Shown in pieces: positions 61,851-64,000 of a stretch of DNA of 64,000 bases. Made by a program: the position numbers and the translations under genes. This DNA comes from Camelus ferus (taxonomy: Eukaryota). A model generated the notes under the pieces. That model did not search any database. It was not told where the DNA came from and saw only the letters and a program-made list of their open reading frames with translations. The DNA lies in contig NC_045703.1 in NCBI RefSeq assembly GCF_009834535.1, positions 71,858,001 to 71,922,000 of the forward strand, in the 5' to 3' direction. The stretch's first letter is position 1. Each line of letters opens with the position of its first letter.

Positions 61851-64000
61851 CGCAGGATAACTCAACAATATTGCCCGTTGCAGTCGAAAACGTTTTTCAA
61901 CAAAGCTAAAAGTGAAGTGTGTTGAGGCATAATTGAGAATATCCTGTATGGAGGTAGTAAATAAACTTTAAAAGACTGTGTATGATTAGTCTGCATATAA
62001 AGAATAAATTTCTGTTGTTTACAGCAAAAAGATAATAATAATGAAAGAGTTTTAACAAGGCTCTATTTCTTGCCTCTCCATTTGCATCCTGATTGAGTAG
62101 AACCAGTATTTGGACTGTTCCCGATGGCGGGACTGTGTCCAGCACGTCGCTAAGCTCGCCGTGAGACGCAGCAATGACTCTGCAGGTCCCACGGAAAGCC
62201 CGCACCACGTCACCAACGCCAGCGACAGGGTCAGTGCTCGTACGATGCTGCCGCACACGTGGTCGCAGGGCACCCTCGTGGCCCAGGAGGGCGGGCAGGA
62301 CTTCATTCACTCGGGGCTTCGTGCGTTGCTCGGACTTGAGCATTTACCACGTCCCACTGGCTTTGTGCCTGCCACTGTCTTGGAGCTTAGATGCATAAAG
62401 ACAAAAACAAAGATCTACTTTTGGCCTCAAGTCACTCAAAGGCTTGGAAACAGATTAAATGAGAGAATAGGATGAGTGAGAACACCCTCCAAACTGAAGC
62501 CACGTCACCTCAGAGTAATTCGGATTCTTAAAAGAAGACACTTTGGAAACAGAGGCCCCCAGCGGAGAGACATGCTTCTACCCACTTATTTTTTCTTTAT
62601 CATAGAGACATCCTCTGTTCCTTCCATTAAAAAGCCCACGTTTACGCCTCATAGAGGGTCTTGTATTGCTTATAAAAGAGTATAAAGTCGGACCATTTCT
62701 CTCAAGTCAAGGTGTGTTCTTCACTGTAGAGGAAGAAGACAGTTCCTGAAATGGAATTTTGGACTCCCCAAAAGAAGTTTTTGGAAAGGAAGATAACTTT
62801 CACAAATGGTCTTTGGCGTTGAGCGCCATCACAAATGCACCCGTATGTGGTGCCATCTGAGTGTCCCCTTGAGGCTGAGAGGCTGATGGGTGACTCACAG
62901 GAAACGTGTGCTGTTTCCAATGCTGTTCACGGTCTGAGAGGGCCGTGCAACTGGCGCCAGGAGCCCAAGTCAGGTGACCGAGCTGGAAGGAAGTGTTCTC
63001 CCTCTTGGAGCAGGTGGACCATGCAAGATGGAGCCAGAGGCAATGGCCTCGGCTGTCCCATTTCCAATCAGATGAGCAGGTGCCGCATCATAGAGGTGGG
63101 ACCCCGCCTAAAGCATCCTCTGTCCCTGAGGAGCTTAAAGCCGGAGGCTGGTGATAAGGCAGCCGATGGAAGGTGCGCACATGTGGGTGGACAGAGGGAG
63201 AACAAGGCAGGGGATGCGGCAGATAAAACAACGTTGATCAGCCAGATGAGGTGTGCATTAGCAGGCCAGCCATGGCAGCTGGGTGCTCCCTGGCTGAGAA
63301 GACCCAGTGGCCAGGCTGAGTCGGCACCAGTACTGCTCATGGGCCAGCCCTGGGCAGGTGCTGGACAGAAGACCTGCCCATCTCATTGAGGTGCAGGCAA
63401 CCTCCTCACCCACTAACCTGAGCTGAAGCAGACGAGAGGGGAGCCGGCATCATCGGTGGGATCCGCCTGGGAAGGTTTGCAGGGAGCTTGGCCAAGGGAA
63501 AAGTCTGGGCAGATGCATTAGGAAACGGGGTTGGGGCAGGTGGAAGGGGTGGAGGGACAGCACAGCCGAGGCAGGGAAGCCGGGATCTGAGGCCTCGCTG
63601 CCCTGCGGGGCCCACAGCCGGTTACAGAGGCCGGACCCCGTCCACAGCTCGGCAGCCTTCCTGCATCCATGCTCATGGTTCAGAAACCGTGTGGAGTAAG
63701 ATAAAATGAAAAGTATTGCCAAGGAAGTAACATTTCCTAGGAATTTCCCGAATCTTTTCAGTTATTAAGGATTTCTTGAATGCCAGGCACTTTTTTAAGA
63801 CCCTGGAGATGATAGAAAACACCATACAGAGTGAGGCAGACATTCTGGAAGAGGGCAGACGGAGAACTAAAGCAAGTAAGTAGGTGAAATACGGATGACG
63901 GTGGATGGCGATACGCGCTCAGCAGTGAGAACGCAGCAGAGGGACGACTTAAGTGGGGGAGGGGCAGGGGACGTCACCGGGTCTCGCCTGCGCCTGCGCC

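Noticed and set aside
1-64000. CRISPR arrays, operons, rRNA, NUMTs, or neighbouring genes such as PDE10A or PRR18 exons
   Set aside because: The sequence is clearly mammalian intergenic/genic DNA, and none of these signatures was seen.

Overview
Mammalian genomic DNA, very probably camelid. The evidence is three tRNA-derived SINEs of the camelid Vic-1 type, cetartiodactyl-type L1 tails and no recognisable ruminant Bov-B/Bov-tA. The only recognisable protein-coding gene is TBXT (Brachyury/T), complete on the minus strand. Its 8 coding exons are 25278-25073, 24606-24342, 23576-23442, 22602-22541, 22420-22359, 20667/20664-20491, 19435-19306 and 17355-17082. All introns are GT-AG, and the CDS is 1311 nt (436 aa), or 435 aa via a NAGNAG acceptor. 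The gene has a CpG-island promoter with TCF/LEF, SOX, CCAAT and TATA-like motifs and a poly(A) signal at 16427-16432. The rest is about 16 kb of downstream and 38 kb of upstream non-coding DNA with L1 fragments (several with target-site duplications), one solo LTR, MIR/L2/MER relics, microsatellites and five N-gaps, all inside L1. I see no novel protein-coding system, and the remaining ORF-track entries look like chance ORFs. The best leads are: replacements in deeply conserved Brachyury motifs with a strong AT-to-GC bias; a (GCG)10 repeat, a uORF and a G-quadruplex at the promoter/5'UTR; several T-box/FOXA/TCF/CDX motif clusters that may be autoregulatory enhancers; and an orphan CpG island 14 kb upstream with consensus splice donors facing TBXT. 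Motif calls were made by eye. Comparisons with human/mouse proteins and repeat consensus sequences rely on memory and need alignment.
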